Notes: a model not told the origin generated them from the sequence alone. Shown: positions 28,495-38,805, numbered from the stretch's first letter. The stretch: DNA of 64,000 nucleotides from Coriobacteriia bacterium (GCA_030655755.1 JAUSOQ010000038.1:5451-69450), one strand, 5' to 3'. Translations and numbers: made by a program.

Positions 28495-29721
28495 GTGATA
28501 CGCAGACGCGCTCTGATAGTGACCATCTCCCTGGCTCTCATAGCCTCTCTTTCCGTGGTACCCCTCGCTTTCGGAGCGACCGAGGCTGAACTGCGCGATC
28601 ACGAACAGGCCGCAGCCGACGCACGCGAGGCCGCAGCAGCTGAGGATGCGAAGGCCAACCAGCTCGCAGCGGAGGTCCGCAGCTTCGACGACCGCATCGA
28701 CGCGATCGAGGCCGACATCTCCGCACTTGCCGATGACATCGAAGCCGCTACGACAAGGGCCGATCGGCTCAAGGCCGAAGTCGACCAACTCAGGAGTGAG
28801 ATCTCCGCCAAAGAAGCTGAGATCGCCAAGACGCAGGCCGAGTATGAGCGCCAGCAGAGTTTACTTGCGGGACGACTGCAGGAAAGCTACAAGCAGGGCG
28901 ACCTGTTCTACCTTGAGATGCTCTTCAGCTCGAAGAACATCGAGGACCTTATCGCGCGCACCACGCTTGTGCAGCGTGTGATCCGCCAGAACGAGGAGAT
29001 CGTCGGCGACCTCAAGACGACGCAGCAATCCCTCGAAAGAGCCAAGACCGAACTCGATCGGATATTCGAGACGGTCAACACAAAGCGGCTCGAGGCCGAG
29101 GCCGAGGAGAAGCGCCTCACGACACTTCGCTCTCAGCATGCAAGCAAGCTGGCAGAACAGAAGAACGTGCAGGACAGCAAAGCCGCACTCATGGCCGAGA
29201 GCAAGGAGAACGCGGCACGCCTGCGCAAACTTGCCGAGTTCGAAGAGGCCGAGTCCGCGAAGATCGCGAAAGAGCTCTACGGCACCGGTTCGGGCTACTA
29301 CGCCGGCATCATGGCGTGGCCGGTTCCCGGGTTCTACCGCGTATCATCACCCTTCGGCTACCGGATACACCCTATTCTCGGCATAAGGAAGCTCCACACG
29401 GGTATCGATATCGGCCGCAACCTCGATCCTCCGAAGTCGATCGACGGCGCTGCGATCGTTGCGACTGAAGACGGCAAAGTCATCTACGCGAGTTACCGAA
29501 GCGGGTATGGCAACACGGTCATGATCGATCACGGAAACGGCATAGTCACGCTCTACGCGCACCAGCAGAATGGCGGGATCAAGGTCAGCGTTGGGCAGAA
29601 CGTGACCAAGGGGCAGCGCGTCGGCACCGTGGGTTCGACCGGACTCTCGACCGGTCCTCACCTGCACTTCGAAGTACGCGTGAACGGCACGTGCGTCGAT
29701 CCCATGAAGTACCTCAAGTAG
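28495..29721 (+). CDS. Coiled-coil M23 peptidase (EnvC-like architecture)
   Basis: GTG start after GGAGGAG, signal peptide, long coiled coil, then HTGIDIG...GNTVMIDHGNGIVTLYAHQ...GSTGLSTGPHLHFEVRVNG. Confidence 0.9.
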   Translation: MIRRRALIVTISLALIASLSVVPLAFGATEAELRDHEQAAADAREAAAAEDAKANQLAAEVRSFDDRIDAIEADISALADDIEAATTRADRLKAEVDQLRSEISAKEAEIAKTQAEYERQQSLLAGRLQESYKQGDLFYLEMLFSSKNIEDLIARTTLVQRVIRQNEEIVGDLKTTQQSLERAKTELDRIFETVNTKRLEAEAEEKRLTTLRSQHASKLAEQKNVQDSKAALMAESKENAARLRKLAEFEEAESAKIAKELYGTGSGYYAGIMAWPVPGFYRVSSPFGYRIHPILGIRKLHTGIDIGRNLDPPKSIDGAAIVATEDGKVIYASYRSGYGNTVMIDHGNGIVTLYAHQQNGGIKVSVGQNVTKGQRVGTVGSTGLSTGPHLHFEVRVNGTCVDPMKYLK

Positions 29722-29724
29722 TAG

Positions 29725-30288
29725 CTAGCTGCCGTTGTACTCCTGCATGGCGCTATCCGCTCCGCTCTCCAGAACGTGCAGGACCGCCTGCGCACCGGTC
29801 GGCACGGCCGCCCTGAGCCGCTCGGCGGCATCCTTACGCATCGGCTCCAGCACGTAATCTGCGGAGTCCTGACGACCGGGCGGTCGTCCTATGCCGAGTC
29901 TGACGCGAAGATAGGCTGGGCCGAGTTGTTCGTTGAGCGAACGCAGCCCGTTGTGTCCTCCGTGACCGCCGCCGCGCTTGACGCGCACGGTCTCCTCCGG
30001 CAGATCGAGGTCGTCGTGGATCACGATGATCTCGGACACGGGCACGCCATAGGTGTCCGCGAGCTTGAGAACGGCCTTGCCGGACAGGTTCATGAAGGTC
30101 TGCGGCTTGGCAAGGACAAGGTCATCATCGCCGAAGCGGACGAGGCCGACTTTAGCGCCGGCTTCGTCCTTCCAGTAGTTGACGCGCAGGTTCTCGGCCA
30201 GTAGATCCACGACCATGAACCCCGCGTTGTGTCTTGTCTCGGCGTACTCGGACCCGGGGTTTCCGAGCCCCACCACCAGTCGTGACAT
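29725..30288 (-). CDS. pth: Peptidyl-tRNA hydrolase
   Basis: VVGLGNPGSEYAETRHNAGFMVVD...HDDLDLP...GGHGGHNGLRS. Confidence 0.95.
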   Translation of the reverse strand: MSRLVVGLGNPGSEYAETRHNAGFMVVDLLAENLRVNYWKDEAGAKVGLVRFGDDDLVLAKPQTFMNLSGKAVLKLADTYGVPVSEIIVIHDDLDLPEETVRVKRGGGHGGHNGLRSLNEQLGPAYLRVRLGIGRPPGRQDSADYVLEPMRKDAAERLRAAVPTGAQAVLHVLESGADSAMQEYNGS

Positions 30289-30297
30289 GGCGCTCGA

Positions 30298-30948
30298 CTA
30301 GGCCTCTTCGCCGGACTCGTCTTTGCCGACCTCAGGTACCTCGACGGCTCCTTCGATAACCCCGACAGCCTCCTCCTCGACCTCAGCGGTCGGAGCAGAG
30401 ACTGCGCAGATGATGATGTCGGGATCGTTCATGATCGTGACGCCTGCGGGCGGTACGATATCCCGCACATGGAGAGCATCGCCCACGTTGAGCGGCGTGA
30501 CGTCGATCTCGATGATCTCAGGCAGATCCTTGGGGAGCGCCTCGATATGAAGTTCACGCAGCTCGTGCAGAAGAACACCACCGGTACGCTCACCCTCTGA
30601 AGAACCGATGAACGTGATCGCCACGACGGTACTGATCGACTTGCCCATACGAACGGCCCAGAAATCGATATGCCGCACGACGCTTTTGACCGGATCGCGC
30701 TGAACCTCTTTGATGATGACGTTCAGGGGTTCAGCGGCACCTTCGACGACCAGCTTGACAAGGGTCGAGCCGACAGCGGCATGGGTCATCATACGCTCGA
30801 ACTCTTTACGCTCGACCGTGATCGGCAGTGCATCGACTTCAGCGCCATACACGACGGCGGGAAGTAGACCCTCCTTCACGAGCGCGTGGCTCGCCTTGCC
30901 GATGATCTCGCGGGGCTTCGCGTTCAATTTGACTGTCGTGGTGCTCAT
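30298..30948 (-). CDS. rplY: 50S ribosomal protein L25 / general stress protein Ctc
   Basis: ATG 30948 after AGGAGGG. Long Ctc form with an acidic C-terminus. Positioned between prs and pth as in Bacillus. Confidence 0.9.
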   Translation of the reverse strand: MSTTTVKLNAKPREIIGKASHALVKEGLLPAVVYGAEVDALPITVERKEFERMMTHAAVGSTLVKLVVEGAAEPLNVIIKEVQRDPVKSVVRHIDFWAVRMGKSISTVVAITFIGSSEGERTGGVLLHELRELHIEALPKDLPEIIEIDVTPLNVGDALHVRDIVPPAGVTIMNDPDIIICAVSAPTAEVEEEAVGVIEGAVEVPEVGKDESGEEA

Positions 30949-31030
30949 TTCGTCGTTCCCTCCTGGTATGGCATCACCCTGCATGACGCAAGGGTACAGG
31001 CCTGCTTGTAGTCGATATCAGACCGGAATC

Positions 31031-31999
31031 CTACAGCTGGAAGTCCGGGTCGAACAGCTCAGAGACGGACTCGTCGTTGTACACGTTCTGGATCGCGTGC
31101 GCGAACAACGGCGCCACACTCAGGACATGTATCTTCCCGGTGCGACGCTCGTCGGGAACCGGCAGTGTGTTGGTCACGACCACCTCGGCGATAGGCGCCT
31201 CCGCGATCCTATCGTAAGCGGGACCCGAGAAGATGCCGTGTGTCGCGGCGACGTACACTTTCTTCGCACCCGAGTTCATGAGCGCTTTGGCGCCCTCGGT
31301 AATCGATCCCGCGGTGTCGATCATATCGTCGGCCACGATACACGTGCGACCCGCGACCTCGCCGACGACGTGCGTGATCTCGGCGACATTGTGCTCGGGA
31401 CGACCTTTGTGCATGATCGCGAGAGTCGCACCCAGCATGTCGGCCAGCTTCTTGGCTGCCTTCACGCGACCGACGTCGGGGGACACGACCGTGAGATCCT
31501 CCATCTTAAGACTCTCGAAGTAGTCCGCGAGGATCGGCAAAGCTGTCAGATGGTTCACGGGCTGATTGAAGAAGCCTTGGATCTGACCCTGGTGGAGATC
31601 CATGGCGATAACGCGGTCCACGCCCGCGACCGTGAGCAGGTCCGCAACGAGCTTCGCGGTGATGGGCTCACGCGCAGCCGACTTCTTGTCCTGGCGAGCA
31701 TAGCCATAGTGCGAGATGACTGCGGTGATCGTCCGTGCACTTGCACGCTTGGCAGCGTCAATCATGATGAGGAGCTCCATGATCGACGCGTTGACCGGCT
31801 CGCACATGGATTGCACGATGAAGACGTCCGCACCGCGGACACTCTCGAGGTAGCGGACGTAGATCTCGCCGTTGGCGAACTTGCTGATCTTGATGTTGCC
31901 GAGTTCGATGCCGAGGTGCTGTGCGATACCCTCGGAGAGTTCGCGGTTGTTAGTCCCCGCAAACACCATCATGCGCTTGCCGCTCGTCATGCTCGTCAT
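31031..31999 (-). CDS. prs: Ribose-phosphate pyrophosphokinase
   Basis: Canonical Prs sequence (DLHQGQIQGFF, VSPDVGRVKAAKKLA, CIVADDMIDTAGS). Confidence 0.95.
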   Translation of the reverse strand: MTSMTSGKRMMVFAGTNNRELSEGIAQHLGIELGNIKISKFANGEIYVRYLESVRGADVFIVQSMCEPVNASIMELLIMIDAAKRASARTITAVISHYGYARQDKKSAAREPITAKLVADLLTVAGVDRVIAMDLHQGQIQGFFNQPVNHLTALPILADYFESLKMEDLTVVSPDVGRVKAAKKLADMLGATLAIMHKGRPEHNVAEITHVVGEVAGRTCIVADDMIDTAGSITEGAKALMNSGAKKVYVAATHGIFSGPAYDRIAEAPIAEVVVTNTLPVPDERRTGKIHVLSVAPLFAHAIQNVYNDESVSELFDPDFQL

Positions 32000-33390
32000 C
32001 GCTCCTCCGAGTCGCCTTCCCGTTCACGTCCGGTCCGTTGTTTGCGAGCCCAACCCTCAACATGGCGCTGCTCCGACCGCTCGATACCGAGCGCATCAGC
32101 GGGCACATCACGCGTGATCGTACTGCCTGCAGCCGTGACCGCCCCTTCGCCAACGGTGACCGGTGCAACGAGCATCGTGTCTGAGCCGATGAAGGCTCCA
32201 TCGCCGATGACCGTCGAATGTTTGCGCACACCGTCGTAGTTACAGGTTATCGTACCCGCGCCGACATTGGCGCTTGCACCGATGGTCGCATCGCCGATAT
32301 AAGACAGATGCGGCACCTTCGCACCTTCGCCAAGCGTCGAGTTCTTGATCTCAACGCTCGTCCCGGCCTTGGCCATCTTCTTGAGAACGGTTCCGGGCCT
32401 TAAGTACGCTCTGGGCCCAACAGTGGCACTCTCCCCAACGATGGCCTTCATAAGGATCGACGAATCCACGACCGCACCGTCATCTATACGGGAGTCGGTC
32501 ACACGACTGTCGGGACCTATCACGCACTCCTCGCCGACATGAGAGTCTCCCAGAAGGAATGTCATCGGCTCAAGAACAGTGTCCTTGCCGATGGTCACGT
32601 CCGGCCCGATCCAGACGAGATCGGGATCGGTCATCGTGACGCCGGCGAGCATGTGCGCCCGATTGATGCGCGTCTGCAGCACCTTGACGGCCTCGGCCAA
32701 TTGGACGCGACTGTTCACACCAAGGATTTCCTCGGGTTCGTCTGTGGCGACGTCGACCACTGCAAGACCTTCTGCACGCAAGACCCCGACCGTGTCCGTG
32801 AGGTAGTACTCCCCCTGTGCGTTCGTGTTGCTCAGATGTCTCAGATGAGCGAAGAGCAGTCGCGTATCAAAACAGTAGGTGCCCGTGTTCACTTCGCCGA
32901 TGGAGCGTTGATCGGGAGAGAGATCCTTGTCCTCGACGATGCTGATCAAAGCACCGTCTTCCCCGCGAACGATACGCCCGTAGCCCGACGGATCGGAAAG
33001 AGACGCCGTGAGGACCGCAGCTGCGGCTCCCGACCGCTCTCGCGCCTCCACAAGACGAGTGATCGTCTCGGCACGAAGCAACGGCGAGTCACCGGACAGG
33101 ACCACAAGTGAGCCATCGATATCCGCAAGCGCGTCGGAGGCGCACATCACGGCGTGGCCGGTCCCAAGTTGCTCCGACTGACGGACGAACACCACATCAT
33201 CGAGCAGGGACTCCACGAGCTGTGCCCCGTGGCCGGTGACAACGACGATCCGATCACAACCCGACTCGCGGGCAGCAGCGATGGCATAGGCCACCATCGG
33301 CACCCCAAGGATGCGATGTGCGACCTTGGGAAGCCCGGACTTCATTCGGGTTCCCTCGCCTGCTGCAAGGATCAAAGCCGCCGCGCCCAT
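31996..33390 (-). CDS. glmU: Bifunctional GlcNAc-1-P uridyltransferase / GlcN-1-P acetyltransferase
   Basis: ATG 33390 gives MGAAALILAAGEGTRMKS. Left-handed beta-helix hexapeptide C-terminus. The longer ORF start at 33531 was rejected because it runs through tRNA-Gln. Confidence 0.93.
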   Translation of the reverse strand: MGAAALILAAGEGTRMKSGLPKVAHRILGVPMVAYAIAAARESGCDRIVVVTGHGAQLVESLLDDVVFVRQSEQLGTGHAVMCASDALADIDGSLVVLSGDSPLLRAETITRLVEARERSGAAAAVLTASLSDPSGYGRIVRGEDGALISIVEDKDLSPDQRSIGEVNTGTYCFDTRLLFAHLRHLSNTNAQGEYYLTDTVGVLRAEGLAVVDVATDEPEEILGVNSRVQLAEAVKVLQTRINRAHMLAGVTMTDPDLVWIGPDVTIGKDTVLEPMTFLLGDSHVGEECVIGPDSRVTDSRIDDGAVVDSSILMKAIVGESATVGPRAYLRPGTVLKKMAKAGTSVEIKNSTLGEGAKVPHLSYIGDATIGASANVGAGTITCNYDGVRKHSTVIGDGAFIGSDTMLVAPVTVGEGAVTAAGSTITRDVPADALGIERSEQRHVEGWARKQRTGREREGDSEER

Positions 33391-33437
33391 CGGTCCCTTT
33401 CCGTTCTTGACGGGACTTGAGAGTCCCGGTCGTATCA

Positions 33438-33512
33438 TGGCTGGGGCGGTAGGATTCGAACCTACGGATCGAGGAGCCAAAGTCCCCTGCCTTGCCGCTT
33501 GGCTACGCCCCA
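33438..33512 (-). tRNA. tRNA-Gln (anticodon UUG), CCA encoded
   Basis: UGGGGCGUAGCCAAGCGGCAAGGCAGGGGACUUUGGCUCCUCGAUCCGUAGGUUCGAAUCCUACCGCCCCAGCCA folds as a cloverleaf. Anticodon loop is CUUUGGC. Confidence 0.93.
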
Positions 33513-33534
33513 GTGCCCACATTTGAGGCACGCC

Positions 33535-33566
33535 GAAAACGCCCGCACATCACTGGCGAGCGGGCG
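33535..33566 (-). terminator. Hairpin plus U-tract downstream of spoVG (upstream of tRNA-Gln)
   Basis: Minus strand CGCCCGC-N13-GCGGGCG followed by TTTTCGG. Confidence 0.5.
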
Positions 33567-33631
33567 AATTGTACCACAGCAGAAGGTCAGCGCGTGCGAT
33601 GCAACAGCGCTTCGAAGAGCTCTCGCGTTCG

Positions 33632-33922
33632 TCAGACTTCCAGCTCATCGGCCTCTGAGAACACATCAAGGCCGCCCTCCGACTCGAACTCGGCAAGAAC
33701 GACAGCCTGGATCATGTTGCGCGCATCCGTGTTGATCGGATGGCAGATATCGCGAAACTCCCCGTTGGGAAGCTTGCGGGAAGGCATGGCCACGAACAGT
33801 CCCTTGTCGCCGTTCACGATCCGTAGATCATGGACGACGAACACGTCATCGATCACGATGCTCGCGATCGCGCAGACCTTGTTCATCGCCACGGGGCGCA
33901 GTGTGACTTTCGTGATATCCAT
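33632..33922 (-). CDS. spoVG: Septation protein SpoVG
   Basis: MDITKVTLRPVAMNKVCAIASIVIDDVFVVHDLRIVNGDKGLFVAMPSRK is a near-canonical SpoVG N-terminus. Confidence 0.93.
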   Translation of the reverse strand: MDITKVTLRPVAMNKVCAIASIVIDDVFVVHDLRIVNGDKGLFVAMPSRKLPNGEFRDICHPINTDARNMIQAVVLAEFESEGGLDVFSEADELEV

Positions 33923-33998
33923 CGTTCCCCCCACGGGTCTCATCGTCTGCTGTTCACTTCGACGGAGGGTGGGGATTCCCTTCTTACAACGCCTGGAC

Positions 33999-34928
33999 TC
34001 AGCCGAGCCAAGCGTCGCCCTCTTCAGTCCGGACGATCCTCGCACCGGAAGGACTCGTGCGCGTCACCGCCGACCACCAACCTCTGTCGCGCGCCTTCTC
34101 GGCGATAGACGAAGCCACTTCCGGTGTAGGGCACAGCGCGAAGACGGTGGAGCCGCTACCGGCCATCTCGGCGCCGAGAACACCCGGCTCCGAGCGCAGG
34201 AACGCAAGCGCACCACCTACCGATGGGACCATCCCCGTGGACGCTTCTGTAAGGTTGTCGAACAGTAGGCCGCCGATGTTCGTTCCCGTAGACGCAAGCG
34301 CGCCCAGCAGCGGCTCCACTGGCGGTGCCGGGGGCAGAAGCAACCGGTCGAATGCAGCGTATGCAGCCGCTGTCGGCACGGGCTCTCCGGGGTTGATAAC
34401 GACCACGTCGAGACCGGGGTCCGGCAGCCGACGCACCAGAGTGTCACCCCTGCCGGTGTACAGGGCCGTCCCGCCCACGAGGAAGAAAGCGACGTCCGCA
34501 CCGACCGCTCGCGCAACGTCGACGACCTCGGGCGTTTCAGCGGGTACCCCCCACATGGCGCAGAGCGCCACGATCGTAGCCGCAGCGTCGGAGCTACCCC
34601 CGCCCAGACCTCCTGCGGCCGGTATCCGCTTATACACGGTGAATGCGCCTTGGAGTTCTCGGCCGAGGCGTTGCGCTAAAGCCATCGAGACGAGCGACAC
34701 CAGATCCTCGCCACGCGGGATGCCAAGGTCGGGTTCATAGGTGACAGAGAAGGAGTCATCCGGATCGACTCTGACCACGTCAGCCAGCTCGAGAGCCTGG
34801 AACACCGTCGTCAGGTCATGATAGCCGTCAGGCCGCCTCTGCCCGACCGCCAGATACAGATTCACCTTCGCCGGAGCAACGAGTGTGAGCAGTCTGATCT
34901 CTCCCCTGGTACACAACACGCGGGGCAT
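33999..34928 (-). CDS. ispE: 4-diphosphocytidyl-2-C-methyl-D-erythritol kinase
   Basis: APAKVNLYLAVGQRRPDGYHDLTTVFQ and the GHMP kinase motif PAAGGLGGGSSDAAA. Confidence 0.9.
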   Translation of the reverse strand: MPRVLCTRGEIRLLTLVAPAKVNLYLAVGQRRPDGYHDLTTVFQALELADVVRVDPDDSFSVTYEPDLGIPRGEDLVSLVSMALAQRLGRELQGAFTVYKRIPAAGGLGGGSSDAAATIVALCAMWGVPAETPEVVDVARAVGADVAFFLVGGTALYTGRGDTLVRRLPDPGLDVVVINPGEPVPTAAAYAAFDRLLLPPAPPVEPLLGALASTGTNIGGLLFDNLTEASTGMVPSVGGALAFLRSEPGVLGAEMAGSGSTVFALCPTPEVASSIAEKARDRGWWSAVTRTSPSGARIVRTEEGDAWLG

Positions 34929-34966
34929 GATCGCCCCGCGCGCATCGCATTACCGGTTGGTCGACT

Positions 34967-35248
34967 CTAGTTCAGCCAGGGGAAGAGACCCTCGCCGGTC
35001 TCGGGGTGCGTAAGCTCCACCGTACCAGTGAGGATGTCAACGTAGCTGTAGGAGACCCGCGCGGTCCGTCCGCGCTTCTCATCGATCTTGAGGACGAAAA
35101 GACTCGGATGAGTCTGTTCGAGAACGCCCTCACGCTCCAGGATCTTCGAGCGGCCCATGTTCGCCTTCAAACACATCCGGCTACCCATGAGACCTTCGAG
35201 ATCACTGCGGATACGGCCGACCGTTTCAACCTGCTTTATGGTTTCCAT
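34967..35248 (-). CDS. veg: Veg protein
   Basis: ATG 35248 after GAGGAGGAG. RIRSDLEGLMGSRMCLKANMGRSKILEREGVLEQTHPSLFVLKI...VSYSYVDILTGTVEL parallels Bacillus Veg. Confidence 0.85.
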   Translation of the reverse strand: METIKQVETVGRIRSDLEGLMGSRMCLKANMGRSKILEREGVLEQTHPSLFVLKIDEKRGRTARVSYSYVDILTGTVELTHPETGEGLFPWLN

Positions 35249-35302
35249 GCAACTCCTCCTCGAACGTGATGAGTATACAGCATGAGACTGCAAAACACAA
35301 GG

Positions 35303-36160
35303 TCAGAGCCGTTGTGCATGCAATTCTGAGCCAAGGCGCACGAACTCCTCGATACCCAGCATCTCGGCTCTCACCCCCCCATCTATGTCTGCCGAAGCCA
35401 GCATCTCATCGACATCGACCACATCACCCAGGGTCGCCCGAAGCGAGTTACGCAACGTCTTCCTCCGCTGGGCAAACGCCGCTTCGGTGACCCGCGCGGT
35501 CGACTCCAACACCTCCGCCGACTCCGCACGTTCAACGCGCTCGATGCGTATCACGGCCGAGTCCACCCTCGGCGGTGGCAAAAAACACGTCCGGGCAACC
35601 ATGAAGCGATCGGTGACCCGTGCGCATAGCCCGAGCTTGACCGTATAGGCGCCATACGACTTCGTCCCCGGCACGGCCGCCATGCGGTCAGCGACTTCTG
35701 CCTGCACCATCACCGTTGCGGAGCGCAGCGACGACATGCCCTCAAAGAAGCGCAGGACCACGGTCGCAGCCACCGCGTACGGTAGATTGGCGACCATTGC
35801 CAAGGGTGCGGCCCCGGCATCACCCAGCATATCGAAGGGCACTGACACGGCATCGGCACTGACGATATCGAGGTTCTGACATGAGGATGTCATCTCGGCA
35901 AGTACCGGCAACAGCTTGTTATCGCGCTCAACGGCCACGACGCTTCCCGACACTTCGCACAACGCAAGAGTCAGCGTTCCGATCCCCGGTCCGATCTCTA
36001 AGATCCGTCCTGCGGGATCGATCCGGGCGAAGTCGACGATCCGCCGAACGATGTTGTCATCGACGAGGAAATGCTGCCCGAGTGACTTCCGGGTGTACAG
36101 GCCGTGACGCCGCAGGACAGCCAGCGTGGCCGAAGGGCTGGCCAGCGGCGAGCCGCTCAT
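35303..36160 (-). CDS. rsmA: 16S rRNA (adenine1518/1519-N6)-dimethyltransferase
   Basis: KSLGQHFLVDDNIVRRIV...ILEIGPGIGTLT...NLPY. Confidence 0.93.
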   Translation of the reverse strand: MSGSPLASPSATLAVLRRHGLYTRKSLGQHFLVDDNIVRRIVDFARIDPAGRILEIGPGIGTLTLALCEVSGSVVAVERDNKLLPVLAEMTSSCQNLDIVSADAVSVPFDMLGDAGAAPLAMVANLPYAVAATVVLRFFEGMSSLRSATVMVQAEVADRMAAVPGTKSYGAYTVKLGLCARVTDRFMVARTCFLPPPRVDSAVIRIERVERAESAEVLESTARVTEAAFAQRRKTLRNSLRATLGDVVDVDEMLASADIDGGVRAEMLGIEEFVRLGSELHAQRL

Positions 36161-36170
36161 AGGGCTCCTT

Positions 36171-37232
36171 CTAGTGGATGATGGTGATGCTCACGGTACG
36201 GCGGCCCCAGTTGATCGCTGCGCTAAGCGCCGCCGATTCACCGCCCGCCCAGTAGCAGACGTCGATCTTGTTGCCATTGATCGCGCCACCGGTGTCGGCG
36301 GCGATCGCATATCCATAGCCCGGCACGTACATCTTGGTGCCAAGCGGGATGACCGAGGGATCCACCGCCACGATGCCCCAGCCCTCAGGGATCTTGTAGC
36401 GTGTGATCCTGCTGTTGATGACCGAGATGCCACCGCACCCCGCGTCCCAGGGAGTGTACGCGGTCGACGTCACCGTGAGGCGATCACCGTCTCTGGGCGC
36501 CGGATTCGCAGTCGTCGCACCCCGGGAGATGGGGATGTTGTTGGCCACACGCATCGTACCTGCGGCCATGATCTCATCGACGGGCTCGGTGAGGATGATC
36601 TCTTCCTTGAGGTTGCGAGCGCCCTCCTCGCCTCCCGTCACGATGACTTCGTAGATGCGGATCGCCTTGCCCGGTACGCCCTCACAGATCACGCGACGCG
36701 AACCAACGGCGAGCTTCGGGTCATTCTCGACCATCGTATCGAAGTCGATCCCGACTTCCTCTCGGACGATGCGCAGGAAGACGTCGGTGGCGATGATGGT
36801 CATGCCTGGAGACAGGACCGTGTCCACGGTCGGCGACACACGCAACCCGAGTGAGGGATCAAGCCCGGCCGCGACGAGAGCGTCCGCGACGGTCGAGCCG
36901 ATCACACGCAGCTCGATGATGTCTCCGCCGCAGTCGATGCTGACCGGGATCGCATGACGCACGACGACCATCTCGGCATCGGCGAGTGGTTGACCTAGTG
37001 AAGGACTCACGATGTCGCCATCCGCAAGGACGATGTCGACCTCGTCCAGAAGGGCGCCGATCGTGGCGGCCTGCGTCTTGTAGTAGGCGGTCTGGCCATC
37101 AACGACGACCGTGACGCCTTTATGAGCCCAAACGAACCCGGAGACGACCATGGGGACGACGAGTGCTACGACGAGTGCTGGGATGATGTAGTGGGTCTTC
37201 AGGAGACGGGCCGGTAGCGCCGGCTTGCTCAT
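36171..37232 (-). CDS. YabE-like cell-wall protein (TM + DUF348 repeats + G5 + 3D domain)
   Basis: TM anchor. VVVDGQTAYYKTQAATIGALLDE-type DUF348 repeats, a G5-like segment, and a C-terminal TSTAYTPWDAGCGG...VAVDPSVIPLGTKMYVPGYGYAIAADTGGAI 3D domain. Confidence 0.8.
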   Translation of the reverse strand: MSKPALPARLLKTHYIIPALVVALVVPMVVSGFVWAHKGVTVVVDGQTAYYKTQAATIGALLDEVDIVLADGDIVSPSLGQPLADAEMVVVRHAIPVSIDCGGDIIELRVIGSTVADALVAAGLDPSLGLRVSPTVDTVLSPGMTIIATDVFLRIVREEVGIDFDTMVENDPKLAVGSRRVICEGVPGKAIRIYEVIVTGGEEGARNLKEEIILTEPVDEIMAAGTMRVANNIPISRGATTANPAPRDGDRLTVTSTAYTPWDAGCGGISVINSRITRYKIPEGWGIVAVDPSVIPLGTKMYVPGYGYAIAADTGGAINGNKIDVCYWAGGESAALSAAINWGRRTVSITIIH

Positions 37233-37353
37233 AAAGCACCTTTGCATTGGCAACAGTTCGGTGACGCATCGTCCGAGTATACCCGACCCTGAAGGGGGGC
37301 GACAACGCAGCAGCCGCTCAGGATGCCTCATCCGACGGACGGTCGAAATCCGC

Positions 37354-37941
37354 TCACTCTCGGCGCATCGCGTCCTCGGCGATCATCTTGCCCAGAGCAC
37401 GCGCCTCTTCGAGCGCCTCAGGATGACGGCCCACATCACTCGGCGAATCGACCGATTCCACCTTGACCTCACCAAGGTAGTCGACGCCAAGAACCGCGAA
37501 GACGCTCTTGGTCGAGTACTGCGCCGCGACGAAACCGTAAGGATCGCCCCCACCCCGCACAACGATATAGCCCCCGGGCCGCCTGCGCGGCAGCGGAAGC
37601 TTCAGCACGTGTGTGCGCGCCCAGTAGGGCTGCATGCGATCGTAGAGGATCTTGAGCACTGACGGTACCGTGGCGAAGAACACCGGGCTGCCGACGATGA
37701 TCGCATCTGCCGAGTCGATGAGCGTGTAGATCTCACGCATACCGTCACGGATGACGCACTCCCCTGTGAGCGAACACGAGTTGCAGCCGCGACACGGGTG
37801 GATATCGGCCTCTGCCACAACGAGCATATGTACGCGCGCACCCGCCTCGGCGGCGCCTTTCAGCGCAGCATCAAGCATTCGCTCGCTGTTACCGTGACGG
37901 CGCGGGCTGCCAGCGATGCCGAGGACCAGTGGGGAGTCCAT
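37354..37941 (-). CDS. Iron-sulfur flavoprotein / NADPH-dependent FMN reductase family
   Basis: LGIAGSPRRHGNSE flavodoxin-like start plus the compact Cys motif HPCRGCNSCSLTGEC. Confidence 0.8.
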   Translation of the reverse strand: MDSPLVLGIAGSPRRHGNSERMLDAALKGAAEAGARVHMLVVAEADIHPCRGCNSCSLTGECVIRDGMREIYTLIDSADAIIVGSPVFFATVPSVLKILYDRMQPYWARTHVLKLPLPRRRPGGYIVVRGGGDPYGFVAAQYSTKSVFAVLGVDYLGEVKVESVDSPSDVGRHPEALEEARALGKMIAEDAMRRE

Positions 37942-38792
37942 CAGCGCGCGCCTCCAAAGACCTTGCGCGCATTTCGAAGTGCGGCGGAAGCGACGTCGCG
38001 CGAGTCGATCCCTTTGACCTCGGCGATACGCGCAGCGGTCACCACCGTCAGCGCTGGCTCGTTCGTGCGACCGCGGTACGGTTCCGGCGCAAGGAACGGG
38101 CTGTCAGTCTCAACGAGGAGCCGCTCGAGCGGAACGATGCGCGCAGCCTCGCGTATAGCCGTCGCCTTCTTAAATGTCGCCGGTCCCGCGAATGAGAGAT
38201 AGCAGCCAAGTGCCAGGAAGCGCTCGGCCAGCTCTGGTCCCTCGGTGAAGCAGTGTATGACGCACCCCGTATCCGGTATGCCCACTTCGCGCAGGATATC
38301 GATGCCTTCCTCGTGAGCCTCACGCAGATGCACGACGACAGGCAACCCGGCGGTGCGGGCGAACTCCAGACACTCCCGGAACACCCGGCGCTGCTCGTCG
38401 CGCGGTGAATGATCGTAGTGGAAGTCCAAGCCTATCTCGCCGATCGCGCCGACCGCAGAACAACCGGAGAGCACATGCAGTCGGCCCATCGCTGCCCAGT
38501 CGAAGTCCTTCGCGTTGTGAGGATGGGCGCCAACCGCGATCCGTATCTCCGGCACCGCTCGATCACTTCCGCGGGTCTCGAGTAGCTCGGCCGCCTGAGC
38601 ACGCCACATCTTGTAGGAGTCGAACGTACGCGGCGCGTCTTCGGTCACGTCCGCAACAGTGACGACCATCGCGATACCGGCTTCAGCCGCCTCGGCCAGC
38701 GCGATGACTGGATCGTCGAGCATGACGAGGTGCGCATGCGCATCCACACATGGTGCGCCGAGATCGGGAAGTATGAGTGCCTGCTTGGTCAT
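37941..38792 (-). CDS. tatD: TatD-family metal-dependent hydrolase
   Basis: ATG 38792 gives MTKQALILPDLGAPCVDAHAHL. Contains GEIGLDFHYD and ETDSPFLAP motifs. The 396-aa ORF extension overlapping metG was rejected. Confidence 0.9.
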   Translation of the reverse strand: MTKQALILPDLGAPCVDAHAHLVMLDDPVIALAEAAEAGIAMVVTVADVTEDAPRTFDSYKMWRAQAAELLETRGSDRAVPEIRIAVGAHPHNAKDFDWAAMGRLHVLSGCSAVGAIGEIGLDFHYDHSPRDEQRRVFRECLEFARTAGLPVVVHLREAHEEGIDILREVGIPDTGCVIHCFTEGPELAERFLALGCYLSFAGPATFKKATAIREAARIVPLERLLVETDSPFLAPEPYRGRTNEPALTVVTAARIAEVKGIDSRDVASAALRNARKVFGGAR

Positions 38793-38805
38793 GAGATGTC
38801 CCGGA

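Noticed and set aside
30710-32239. 509-aa ORF on the plus strand
   Set aside because: It is antisense to rplY, prs and glmU, all of which are unambiguous. It has no recognisable motifs.
33391-33531. N-terminal extension of the glmU ORF
   Set aside because: It reads straight through tRNA-Gln (33438-33512). The internal ATG at 33390 gives the canonical GlmU N-terminus.
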